Shown here piece after piece: positions 55,072 through 63,361 of a DNA stretch of 63,361 bases (position 1 is its first letter; each line of letters begins with the position of its first letter). The position numbers and the translations under genes are program-made. The notes beneath the pieces are model-generated. The model did no database searches and had not been told where the DNA came from. It saw nothing but the letters and a program-made list of their open reading frames with translations. This DNA comes from a virus (lineage: Duplodnaviria; Caudoviricetes): positions 1-63,361 of the IMG/VR virus record IMGVR_UViG_3300047463_000230; one strand, given 5' to 3'.

Positions 55072-56646
55072 TCAATAGGCCAAACTTGCGGCGTTGACAT
55101 TGACACTGCCGCCGGTACGATCATAAATCGTGACGGCGGCAGCGCGCCCATGTTGCCAAGCAGTGTATTTGTCTTCGGGGATGCGGTTGGTACCAATGCC
55201 AGTGCGCTGGGCGGTCGCCATGCCACGGGCGACTTCGCCTGAAAACACCCGGACTTGGTCATCCGTCAACATGGGTGTCATGGGGCCGCCGACGAACATG
55301 TCCGACAGGTAGCTCGCTGCCGACCGTATGCCCTTGGCGGTCGTCATGGCGACCGGGGCCACGAACTCCTTACCAAAGCGACTGCCGATTTCCCCAGGGG
55401 TCGCAACCTGTGACTGCCCAGCCGCCGCCCGTGCTATTAGGCCCGTGCGCTTGCCCTCCGCCACCTTGGCGGCGTGTTCCGCTGATGACGTCGAACGAAA
55501 TATAGACAGGAAGTCCGTTACCGTCTTGGCGGCGTCGATGAACTTATTAATGGCATCAACAAAGGCGTCCGCCATGTCCTTGACCTTTTTTTGAAAGTCC
55601 TCCTCGCGCATGACCTCGGCCCACTTCTTAAGGCCGGCGGCGACTGTGTCGATCCACTCACCAATGCCCTTGGCGTTCAGAAACTTGGTGACCGTCAGCT
55701 CAAAGGCCGACGACAAGTGCTCCAATGGCTTGGTCAGCGGGGTCAACTTGCCAATGATGACAGTTTCGATGGTTTCACCGGACAACGTCAGCTGCCGCTT
55801 GAAATTGTCCCACGCCAAGGCCATGGGGTCGGACAGGTTGAGCGCACCTGCATCGTGTCCAGCGCGGCGCGTCTGCTCCTGGAACTCCGTCGGGTTGCGC
55901 AAGTAGCGCTGCACCGCGCCAATGTCGATGCCCAACGCGCCAAAGTGCAGATAGTCAATGGCAGCGCCACGCTGCCCCTCTGGCAGCTTGGAAATACGGC
56001 CGACGGCCCCGCGTAACGCGGATAGCGACAACTCGAACACGCTTTGCGACTTGATGGCTTCAGCTGACAGCCCCGCATTGCGCAGCGCCAAATAGGCCGG
56101 GCTGGTCACGTCCGTTTTGCCGGCGTTGACGCCTGCCAGGACAGAGCTGGGGTCAACAAAGCGCCCGACGTTTAGCGCGAACGCTTTTTCCTCACCTATC
56201 GAAACGCCAAGCCCCCCGGACGCCCGCCGGCTGCCTGACACACCCGCCGCAAGGCGCTCCAAGCCAAACAGGCCACCGAACCCGAGGACACCAGACACAA
56301 GGCCAGTCAGCGAGGTCCAGCGCAACAGGTTAAGCGTTGCATGGCCAATATTGTCAGCCACCTGCTTGGTGCTGCGCGCCACGTCGCGCCAGTTTTGGGC
56401 CATCGACTGCGACGCCCGGTCCGCGACCTCCTGCGCCTTGGCTTGCAACTTGGCCTGGACATTGGCGGCGATCATCGACGTGACCATGGCGTCGAATGAC
56501 TTTTTGGACCCGTCAATCTTTTTGCCGGCTTCGCCCCACGCTGCCGGCAGGGTCTTAAGCCCGGCCTGATAGCGCTCATAAACCTTCTGAAAGTCCCGGA
56601 AGGCCCGGTCATTGACGTCGATATCAATGATGCTTTTAGCGCCCAT
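55072..56646 (-). CDS. Tape measure protein
   Basis: Helical Ala-rich 524-aa ORF after the chaperones. Confidence 0.7.
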   Translation of the reverse strand: MGAKSIIDIDVNDRAFRDFQKVYERYQAGLKTLPAAWGEAGKKIDGSKKSFDAMVTSMIAANVQAKLQAKAQEVADRASQSMAQNWRDVARSTKQVADNIGHATLNLLRWTSLTGLVSGVLGFGGLFGLERLAAGVSGSRRASGGLGVSIGEEKAFALNVGRFVDPSSVLAGVNAGKTDVTSPAYLALRNAGLSAEAIKSQSVFELSLSALRGAVGRISKLPEGQRGAAIDYLHFGALGIDIGAVQRYLRNPTEFQEQTRRAGHDAGALNLSDPMALAWDNFKRQLTLSGETIETVIIGKLTPLTKPLEHLSSAFELTVTKFLNAKGIGEWIDTVAAGLKKWAEVMREEDFQKKVKDMADAFVDAINKFIDAAKTVTDFLSIFRSTSSAEHAAKVAEGKRTGLIARAAAGQSQVATPGEIGSRFGKEFVAPVAMTTAKGIRSAASYLSDMFVGGPMTPMLTDDQVRVFSGEVARGMATAQRTGIGTNRIPEDKYTAWQHGRAAAVTIYDRTGGSVNVNAASLAY

Positions 56647-56651
56647 GGCGG

Positions 56652-56950
56652 TTAGGTCCGTGTCAGTCGCAGGAACTGGATCAAGTGGCGGTCGCGGTAG
56701 GCCTGTGGCGACGCATACTCAAGGTCAAACTGTTTCAGAAACGCTTCAAAGCCGTCGACCGCCGCCCACTCAAGTATCGCACCAACTAGGTGGTCGCCGT
56801 CACGCCAGAACTCGCGGCCCCGGTCGATGTCTGTAAGGAAGTTCCGTATTCCGTACAGTTGGACGAGGTAATTTGCGCACCCCACAGACTCGACATTACA
56901 CCCAGCACTTGCCCGACCTCCGTCCGCTTGTGCATTGCAGACACCACCGT
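56652..56950 (-). CDS. Tail assembly chaperone, -1 frameshift extension
   Basis: -1 frame is open from the T7 tract to stop at 56652; no RBS of its own seen. Confidence 0.45.
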
Positions 56951-57334
56951 AAAAAAAGTCAGGGCGTTTTCGACCTCTGAAAGTTCATCGTCTGAAAACA
57001 CCCCATTGGTGATGGCGTTGTGCAGCGGCACGGCTTCCCAGCCGTCACCGGTCAGCATCAGAACATTGGACAGTCTGCGCAGCTCGGCAAAGAAACCGCG
57101 CTCGACCTCGTCCAGTATCCCGCTTTCCGCCGCCACCTTGCGCACCATCATGGCGGCGACGCGCGGCCCTGCCAGTGACCCAAGACCTTCGCTATAGATG
57201 GCGGCGAAGGTCTTGGAGATCACCAGAAAAAACCGTTCAAACACCGCCCGCGCGATGGGCGTTGAATGAACGTAGATCATGCCGTCGGGCCGCTCCAGCG
57301 GCAAAACGACATTCAGCTTCTTGTCAATTTTCAT
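56786..57334 (-). CDS. Tail assembly chaperone
   Basis: Between tube and TMP. Confidence 0.6.
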   Translation of the reverse strand: MKIDKKLNVVLPLERPDGMIYVHSTPIARAVFERFFLVISKTFAAIYSEGLGSLAGPRVAAMMVRKVAAESGILDEVERGFFAELRRLSNVLMLTGDGWEAVPLHNAITNGVFSDDELSEVENALTFFTVVSAMHKRTEVGQVLGVMSSLWGAQITSSNCTEYGTSLQTSTGAASSGVTATT

Positions 57335-57355
57335 GACACCCCCGCGTCATTGTGG

Positions 57356-57796
57356 TCAGTCAAACAGCGACGAATTGACCAAGTAGTACCCTTTGATGGT
57401 GACGACAAAGCCGGCGTCACTGCCATTGAAAGCAAGTTCGCGCACGCTTTCAATAGCACAGTTGGTCACCGGGTACGGCGACAGGCCCGACGACACGTCG
57501 GGACGCACCACGCCATCGCCCAAAAGGGCATTCGACTCCATCTGCGCTTTGTAGGCATCTGCCAGGGCCTGTGTCTTGATCAGGTTGGTGGTGAGACTGA
57601 TCATCATGTAGGGCTGCGGCGACGTAACCGCCCCGGTCATGGTCGGCAGAAACACCGTTGACTCGCCTTCCAAGGCGAGGCGGATGCCGTCGGCACCAAG
57701 GTACGGCGCTGTGATGTTCAGCTCGGGGAAGTTGGGCCACGACACACTCGCACGGACCCGGTTGAGGGAGCCTTGTGCGACAAGAGGATTAGCCAT
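57356..57796 (-). CDS. Tail tube protein
   Basis: 146 aa directly after the sheath. Confidence 0.7.
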   Translation of the reverse strand: MANPLVAQGSLNRVRASVSWPNFPELNITAPYLGADGIRLALEGESTVFLPTMTGAVTSPQPYMMISLTTNLIKTQALADAYKAQMESNALLGDGVVRPDVSSGLSPYPVTNCAIESVRELAFNGSDAGFVVTIKGYYLVNSSLFD

Positions 57797-57813
57797 GTTT
57801 CAGTCGCTCCTGC

Positions 57814-59193
57814 TCACTGCGCCACAAAGTTCGTGACGTTGACGTTGAACACGATGGACGTGAAGCCACGAGCCGGCGTGTAGATGATGGTGAAGCCAGC
57901 ATAGCGACCGATGGCATAGTCGCCGGGGTTGGCTTTACTGTAGGTGATAAACGGCACTGCATTGACAACGGCAAGGCCGTCATACAGACCATTGTTGAAG
58001 TTGTTGATAAACGTCGTCTGGTCAAGGTTGGTGCGGACGACGGACCCCAAGACCATACCAAAGGAAATACCCTGCGCCATGGTCGCCGCTGCCACGTCCT
58101 GGAGGCGATTGATGCCGTCCTGATTGTAGTAGAGCGGATTGGCCGGATTGTTGGACCCGTTGATGACAGCGTTGGCGATATCCAGGTCAACATTGATCTG
58201 GACCCAGTCGACCGAGTACCAGTAGTCGAACGGCTGGCCGTCGCGCGTGGTGCCGTTGCGCAGGATCGACGTGCTGATACCACCTTCCGCCCCGCTGCCA
58301 ACATAGTTGGTATTGGCGGTCAGCAGGTTCGACAGCAGCGTCGAATTGCCCGGCGTCGGGTATGGGGTCACGCCGTACAGATAATTGTACTGGAACGGTG
58401 TCACGCGGTTGATGGTCGATGGGGCGTAGTTCAGTGCGGCCTGGAACGCTGACGCGCTGTCAAACTCCGTCGCCGGGATGCCGGGGGTCTCCACCATCAC
58501 AAAGGCCGACTTCATGGCATTGGTGAAATTGGTGTAGTTACCCGTGGTCGCCGCGATCCAGAAGTAGGTCTTGCTGGTGGTGGTCTCGAAGCTGCCAAGC
58601 AGCGTCAGGAAGGTAGGCTCGGACGCCCAGTAGCGCGGCACCAAGTAGCCGTAGAACACACCGGGGTTGGCCGCAATCCAGGTGGTCAGGTAGGTAACGC
58701 CATCGGCAGCATTGCCCGCCCCCAGCTCCAGCACATAGACGGCCTGTTGGCTGCCCTGGGCGAAAAACGTCGTCACCATGGCCGACAGCTCGGCCACGTC
58801 TTCGGGTGTATAGACAATGGTGCCGGTCGCAGGCGTCACAAGGCTGTTGCTGACGGCGTAAGTGAACGTGTTGGCGCCGGTCACGGTACACGTAAACGTG
58901 CCGTTGTAGCCAGCAGGGGACGCGCCGGCGATGGTCAGCGGCAAGGTATCACTGACCGTAAACCCATGCGGGGCGGCGGTGGTCGCCGTCGCTACGCCCG
59001 CCGTCTGCGTCAGGGACGCAATGGACAGCGCCCCCTTCAGGATGGGGGTCAAGTCAGACGGCTGTCGAAGCAGCGTCTGTGTGCCCGGTGCAGTCGTCGT
59101 TGCGCCCTGCGAAAGCAACGCCCCAGTTTTCTGGAGCGTGCTCGGCACAGGCGCAACGGTCTGCGAAACATTGACCGTTACGATCTGAGTCAT
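57814..59193 (-). CDS. Tail sheath protein (DUF3383-like) with FCCH-like insertion
   Basis: IV.VNV, FFAQ, G....G..FD.WY..DW, Y.Q.GI..L. Confidence 0.8.
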   Translation of the reverse strand: MTQIVTVNVSQTVAPVPSTLQKTGALLSQGATTTAPGTQTLLRQPSDLTPILKGALSIASLTQTAGVATATTAAPHGFTVSDTLPLTIAGASPAGYNGTFTCTVTGANTFTYAVSNSLVTPATGTIVYTPEDVAELSAMVTTFFAQGSQQAVYVLELGAGNAADGVTYLTTWIAANPGVFYGYLVPRYWASEPTFLTLLGSFETTTSKTYFWIAATTGNYTNFTNAMKSAFVMVETPGIPATEFDSASAFQAALNYAPSTINRVTPFQYNYLYGVTPYPTPGNSTLLSNLLTANTNYVGSGAEGGISTSILRNGTTRDGQPFDYWYSVDWVQINVDLDIANAVINGSNNPANPLYYNQDGINRLQDVAAATMAQGISFGMVLGSVVRTNLDQTTFINNFNNGLYDGLAVVNAVPFITYSKANPGDYAIGRYAGFTIIYTPARGFTSIVFNVNVTNFVAQ

Positions 59194-59226
59194 GTTGGCG
59201 GTGCCCTATGGTGCGTTTCGCAGGGG

Positions 59227-59616
59227 TCAGGAGAAGCTGATGGCGTATTGCGGCGAACCACCGCCCGGCACGGCCGAGACGACAATGCCGACCTGACACG
59301 GGAAGTCGAGCGTGATCACCTGACCCACCGACATGGCGGCATAGCCAATGGTGAACACTTCATTGGCAGTGGTCGCGGCGCCCGTGGTCGCGCAGTCGTT
59401 GATGGTCAGACTGCCTGACGTGGTGCCGGGGGCAATGACGACAATTTTGCACAGACGGCCGGCGGTCGCCTTGACGGCGACGGCTGCGGTCACATTGAGC
59501 TTGCTCGACAGGCCACCGCCAGAGACGGAGAAAGCACCGCCAGCGTCATAGTTGCCGGTCTGCTGCGCATTGCTGGGGTTTTTGCCAATGGTGGCGGCGA
59601 GGGGATTCTGCGGCAT
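59227..59616 (-). CDS. Small beta-rich structural protein
   Basis: VKA.AGRL..I...I.D...P...GIVV; AGGAG RBS. Confidence 0.55.
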   Translation of the reverse strand: MPQNPLAATIGKNPSNAQQTGNYDAGGAFSVSGGGLSSKLNVTAAVAVKATAGRLCKIVVIAPGTTSGSLTINDCATTGAATTANEVFTIGYAAMSVGQVITLDFPCQVGIVVSAVPGGGSPQYAISFS

Positions 59617-59656
59617 GGTCTGTCTCCTGGTTGGGTTGTGAAACGATCAACGCGGG

Positions 59657-60649
59657 TTACAATGAGGCTATTTTATAGCCAACGACCGCCGATGCAATGT
59701 ACTGACGCGCCATATCGCGCACGGCGGACTGTACGTAGCTGATGTCGAAGTCGACGGTCTTTTTCTGTGACAGTGCAGTAAGCTCGACCTGCCCGCGCTT
59801 GTCGTCGCGTACAACGGGCATATTGAGTATGCCGAAGCCGGGGTCATCTTGGCTGCGCTGATAAACGCAGTCAATAAAATTGAGCGCCTCGGCATTGTTC
59901 ATGCCGTACATGGTGATGCGAACGCTTTCCCGCACAAGCTGGCTATGGCTTTGCGTTGCGTCGATGCGCGGCGCTGACGACAGCGCCTGCGTTGATTCCG
60001 GCAGGATGTGCACGGAAGCAAACGGCGGTCGCAGGTTGGACGGCACCAGGAACGACGGCCACAGGGGCATGACCAAGTTGGCGAACCCATAAAAGGGCTC
60101 ATAATTGTTGAAGGTCAGCCACAGCGGCAGGCTGTTGCTGACGATCACGTTGCTGGGGTCCAAGTCCTTGGCGGATTCGATGATCTGCAGCTCCATATCC
60201 GAGTAGACCGCCGACCCCACGTAATGAAACAGGTTCGACTGTCGATAATAGGAACCGCGCTGGCCAAAGGCAAAGCGGATGCCGTCAAAGACCCCAATGT
60301 ACAGCAGCTCCGGATTGACGCCGTTGAGCTGCTGTATTTCGCGCTCGCTGGTGAACACGACGCGGTTGACCGTATATGTCTTGTCTTCCTCCTGATGCAG
60401 GTCCGTCGAGTAGTGCAAGCTGCCCTTGGCATCAAAGGTATTTTCGATAGCCGGGGCGCACTTTGACAGCACAGCCGGCGATTGCGCCAGCAGACTGTTC
60501 TTGATCCAAAACACATAGCCGTCGGACGGCAGCACTGTCCGCACATATTTGGTGAACGTAACAGTCTGGTTGGCCGATATGGCATCAACACCGGCCTGTA
60601 GGTCACTGCCCAACGGGGTCGGGCTGGCCATCGACTCCTGTACGCTCAT
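59657..60649 (-). CDS. Neck/tail-terminator protein (possible closure + terminator fusion)
   Basis: Position before sheath; 330 aa, DGYVFW, PP...VHI. Confidence 0.5.
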   Translation of the reverse strand: MSVQESMASPTPLGSDLQAGVDAISANQTVTFTKYVRTVLPSDGYVFWIKNSLLAQSPAVLSKCAPAIENTFDAKGSLHYSTDLHQEEDKTYTVNRVVFTSEREIQQLNGVNPELLYIGVFDGIRFAFGQRGSYYRQSNLFHYVGSAVYSDMELQIIESAKDLDPSNVIVSNSLPLWLTFNNYEPFYGFANLVMPLWPSFLVPSNLRPPFASVHILPESTQALSSAPRIDATQSHSQLVRESVRITMYGMNNAEALNFIDCVYQRSQDDPGFGILNMPVVRDDKRGQVELTALSQKKTVDFDISYVQSAVRDMARQYIASAVVGYKIASL

Positions 60650-60957
60650 GGCTGGTTCGCCGGGTTGGTGGACACAGTAAACGACCCGTCCTGCACAATG
60701 GTCTGTGGCCCAAGATGCGCCCGCACCGACCAGTAGACGCGCCCGGCGTCAATGCCGTCAGTCGACCATTGTGCCGACCAAACGTTGGGGTCGGCCACGG
60801 TGGGTTCCAATGCCACGGTCGCCAAGTCAGGGACACCGCCGACATTGTAGTTGACATATAGCTCAGCCATGTCAGGAAACACAGCGTTGCAGTTGGCATC
60901 ATAGAACTGTGCCAGGAAAGTGACCCAGTTGCCCCGGACAGTCGTGGTAACAGCCAT
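60646..60957 (-). CDS. Ig-like (BppU-like) adaptor protein
   Basis: RG....F...F.D......P, W.A.W.T....G.....V. Confidence 0.5.
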   Translation of the reverse strand: MAVTTTVRGNWVTFLAQFYDANCNAVFPDMAELYVNYNVGGVPDLATVALEPTVADPNVWSAQWSTDGIDAGRVYWSVRAHLGPQTIVQDGSFTVSTNPANQP

Positions 60958-60961
60958 TCGT

Positions 60962-62608
60962 CTAGTTCCTAGTGCTGTCGGTGCTGCGCACAACGGCGTC
61001 GGCATAGGTCGCCAGCGCCTTGACCACCATGCGGGCGATCAGTACCAAGGTCTGGCGGGTCTCCATTTGCGTGGCATTGTCAGCCGCCAGCGTCAACAGG
61101 ACATCAAGCAGCGCCTTGGCGTCAGTGTGGACAGCCAGCGTTATTTCGTCGACCGCGACAGCATCCACGCGCAAGGCACTAGTGACCTCGTCAGCCGTGA
61201 CAGCGTCAAGCTTGAAATTGGCAACGACTTCCGGCAACGCAGCGCTGTCCCTGCGCGCTTGTGCAATGAACTCGACCTGGGCGGCGCCGTCCGCTTTGAC
61301 CAAGAATGAACCAAGGAACTCCATTGCTGCGTTGCTGTCGCGCGTGACCGTCGGCAGTATTTCACTGATTACTGTCCGGTCCAGCAGCACCCGTGTGGTG
61401 CTTTCCACGCACACGGCCTCCTGCCTTGCAAACGTCACCGTCACATCGAGCCGGGGGGCAGTGTCCGCTGCGACCGCAGCCAAGGCCTCCAGCATAGCGC
61501 CGACCTGACTGCCTGCTGCTGTCAGGGCCTCCGCTGGCGCGGTGGTGTCAGCGCGGACCCCAGCAGGGGCTTCCATCGGCGCAATGGCGTCAGCTGTCAA
61601 AGCACAGGCAACCTCGACCAAGGCTACTGCGTCGGCGCGCGTCAGCTTAAGGGTCTCCGGCAACGCCGTCTGGTCGACCGCCAAGGCGCTAAGGACTGTC
61701 AGCGGGCCAAGGCTGTTATTGCTGACCGCCGCAAGTGCCTCCTGCACTGCTACAGCATCCAGCAGGATTTTTGCTGTCTGTTCTTGCAGCGCCGTGGCGT
61801 CAACGACCATAGCCGCCGTCTGCTCTTGTGCCGTCCGGGTGTCCGTGACCGGGTTGCCAAGGGTCTCAAGGACTGTGAAGCCGTAATAAGATGCCCAGTT
61901 AGCATCGAACTCCAGTTGCACCCCGCTGTCGCAGAAGGTGATATTGACGGACGACATGAACTCCATCTGCGCCCCGCTGTCTGTCGTGACAGTGGGGGTT
62001 ATTTCAAGGCCAGCGCGCGAGAAGCTGGCAAACAGAGTGCTGAATTCGAGTGCCCCAGCACCGTCCGCTGCGACCCCACCAAGGATGGGCAATGGCGCAG
62101 GGCTGTCAGCCGTGACGCCCTGGATCACGCCAAGGAGCGCCGTGCCGTCCTGCCTGACATTGCCGACCCATTCCAGCAGTCCAGCGGCGTCAGACTGGAC
62201 CACAGCCATAGAAATGATTTCCAGCTGTGGCCCACTGTCAGACGCAACAGTGACAAGTATCTCGTCACGAATGTTGCAGTCACGGATAACACCTGCGGTT
62301 ATTTCCAAGCATGGGCTGTTGTCCGACCGCAGTGCGACGGCGGCATCCAACAGCGCCGCCGCGTCAGACACCTTGTAAGCAAGGAACTCCGTCGGGGCTG
62401 GCACCTGATAGGAACTAACAGTGTCAGTTATTTCAACTTTTGCCACTGCATTGGAAAGCCACGTGGCAGTGTCCTCCATTGGTAGTGCATCGTCTATCCT
62501 GACACCCCCAATGGTTTCCAATGCAGTGGCAGTGTTGACGACCACACTTACATAGGCAGCCCACTCCTGCCCTAGTGCAAATTCACCAAGTGCGCCTCCC
62601 CACGCCAT
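60962..62608 (-). CDS. Acidic 14-aa repeat fibre/filament protein
   Basis: V..D.....E periodicity along most of 548 aa; N-terminal GALGEFALG. Confidence 0.6.
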   Translation of the reverse strand: MAWGGALGEFALGQEWAAYVSVVVNTATALETIGGVRIDDALPMEDTATWLSNAVAKVEITDTVSSYQVPAPTEFLAYKVSDAAALLDAAVALRSDNSPCLEITAGVIRDCNIRDEILVTVASDSGPQLEIISMAVVQSDAAGLLEWVGNVRQDGTALLGVIQGVTADSPAPLPILGGVAADGAGALEFSTLFASFSRAGLEITPTVTTDSGAQMEFMSSVNITFCDSGVQLEFDANWASYYGFTVLETLGNPVTDTRTAQEQTAAMVVDATALQEQTAKILLDAVAVQEALAAVSNNSLGPLTVLSALAVDQTALPETLKLTRADAVALVEVACALTADAIAPMEAPAGVRADTTAPAEALTAAGSQVGAMLEALAAVAADTAPRLDVTVTFARQEAVCVESTTRVLLDRTVISEILPTVTRDSNAAMEFLGSFLVKADGAAQVEFIAQARRDSAALPEVVANFKLDAVTADEVTSALRVDAVAVDEITLAVHTDAKALLDVLLTLAADNATQMETRQTLVLIARMVVKALATYADAVVRSTDSTRN

Positions 62609-62623
62609 AGCAAGCTGCCCGTG

Positions 62624-63043
62624 TCAGAGTTTCGCCGCTGCAATGAACGCTGCGTCCATGTCAGTGATCCCAAGGGCGCCACCAAGGGCATCAAACATCG
62701 GGTGGCTGCGGTGCATCACGCCGCCATCAGGATATTGCCACGCCGCTTGCGCCGCGACGCGCTGCATTGCATCGGGGATCGTGGCGATTGCCGCCAGCAC
62801 GTCGGCCTCCGTCTTGCCAACTGACGCGAGATAGATAACCGCCTGGCGTTTCGTTATATCCGGGATCGGCGGCTCGGCCATGATCGGATCGAGGCGATAT
62901 CCGTCATTTTCCCACGGGTATACGCCCCCACAGATATGGTCGCCGGTCGGAAGTATGAGCGGATTAGGTACGTCGGCCTGCACCCAGCGCCCACATTCTG
63001 CATTAGTGGACTTATCCACCAAAACGAATCCTGTCTGTATCAT
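62624..63043 (-). CDS. Fibre-associated chaperone-like protein
   Basis: IT.RQ....L...W.....R..P....G..LG.....D..F..A pattern. Confidence 0.55.
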   Translation of the reverse strand: MIQTGFVLVDKSTNAECGRWVQADVPNPLILPTGDHICGGVYPWENDGYRLDPIMAEPPIPDITKRQAVIYLASVGKTEADVLAAIATIPDAMQRVAAQAAWQYPDGGVMHRSHPMFDALGGALGITDMDAAFIAAAKL

Positions 63044-63361
63044 CTACATCCCCAACATTGGCAGGTTAGGAAATACGCCAGATATAGCGGCAGTATAAGA
63101 AAGCACTACAATTCCGCTCCCGCCGGTCCCACCAGTTGTATTTGCACCGGATTGGTAGGACGACCCGCCGCCGCCGCCGCCGGTATTTGCGGTCCCGCTG
63201 CCGCCTGGATTGTCCCCACCCGCCGTACCAGCGTTCCCACCGCCGCCCGCTGAAGCAGTGCCGGCAGTTCCGCCGCTTTGTGTCCCGCCGCCTCCGCCAC
63301 TTGCGTAAGTAACGGATGTACCTGTGATAGACGATGTAGAACCTACGCCGCCATTACCGCC
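63044..63361 (-). CDS. Glycine-rich virion protein, C-terminal part (continues 1..806)
   Basis: GGNGG.G..SSITGTSVTYA.GGGG...G.ANTGGGGGG...GGSGIVVLSY...TAG. Confidence 0.75.
   Translation of the reverse strand, partial: GGNGGVGSTSSITGTSVTYASGGGGGTQSGGTAGTASAGGGGNAGTAGGDNPGGSGTANTGGGGGGSSYQSGANTTGGTGGSGIVVLSYTAAISGVFPNLPMLGM

Noticed and set aside
1-63361. tRNA, integrase/repressor, reverse transcriptase/DGR, introns or inteins
   Set aside because: No supporting motifs seen by eye; TerL, DnaE and helicases look uninterrupted. A tRNAscan/HMM run would be needed to exclude them fully

Overview
The window looks like an almost complete, circularly permuted ~63 kb genome of a contractile-tailed (myovirus-type) dsDNA phage. 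The host is probably an alphaproteobacterium (GcrA homologue, CtrA-like box, RlpA and TIGR02594-like genes). I found no integrase, tRNA or CRISPR array. One glycine-rich gene is split across the two ends with a small gap. Minus strand 17.8 kb->1 and 63.4->43.2 kb: primase, nuclease, NusG paralogue, TerS/TerL, DUF1073-like portal, MuF, Nudix-DUF2213 protease/scaffold, decoration and capsid proteins, neck/fibre genes, sheath, tube, chaperones, tape measure, baseplate, fibre and lysis genes. Plus strand 18-43 kb: SSB-like gene, dNMP kinase, small accessory genes, a lower-GC nucleotide-metabolism/replication block, then an early-type region (UvrD, DUF932, GcrA). That block holds an FAD oxidoreductase, a divergent ThyX, a HAD phosphatase, an SDR, a VOC-like protein, an Nmad-like protein, an HNH, DnaQ, an NrdR zinc ribbon, DnaE and an SNF2 helicase. 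Highlights: (1) two type-II hammerhead ribozymes with compensatory changes flank the DUF932 gene and would excise a 963-nt, potentially circularisable mRNA; (2) a candidate uncharacterised pyrimidine-modification pathway built around a ThyX with an altered active-site motif; (3) a candidate capsid-packaged polyprotein punctuated by R-G-D-A motifs beside a Nudix-protease fusion; (4) one FCCH-like domain inserted in three different virion proteins. All family names come from motif recognition by eye, not database searches.
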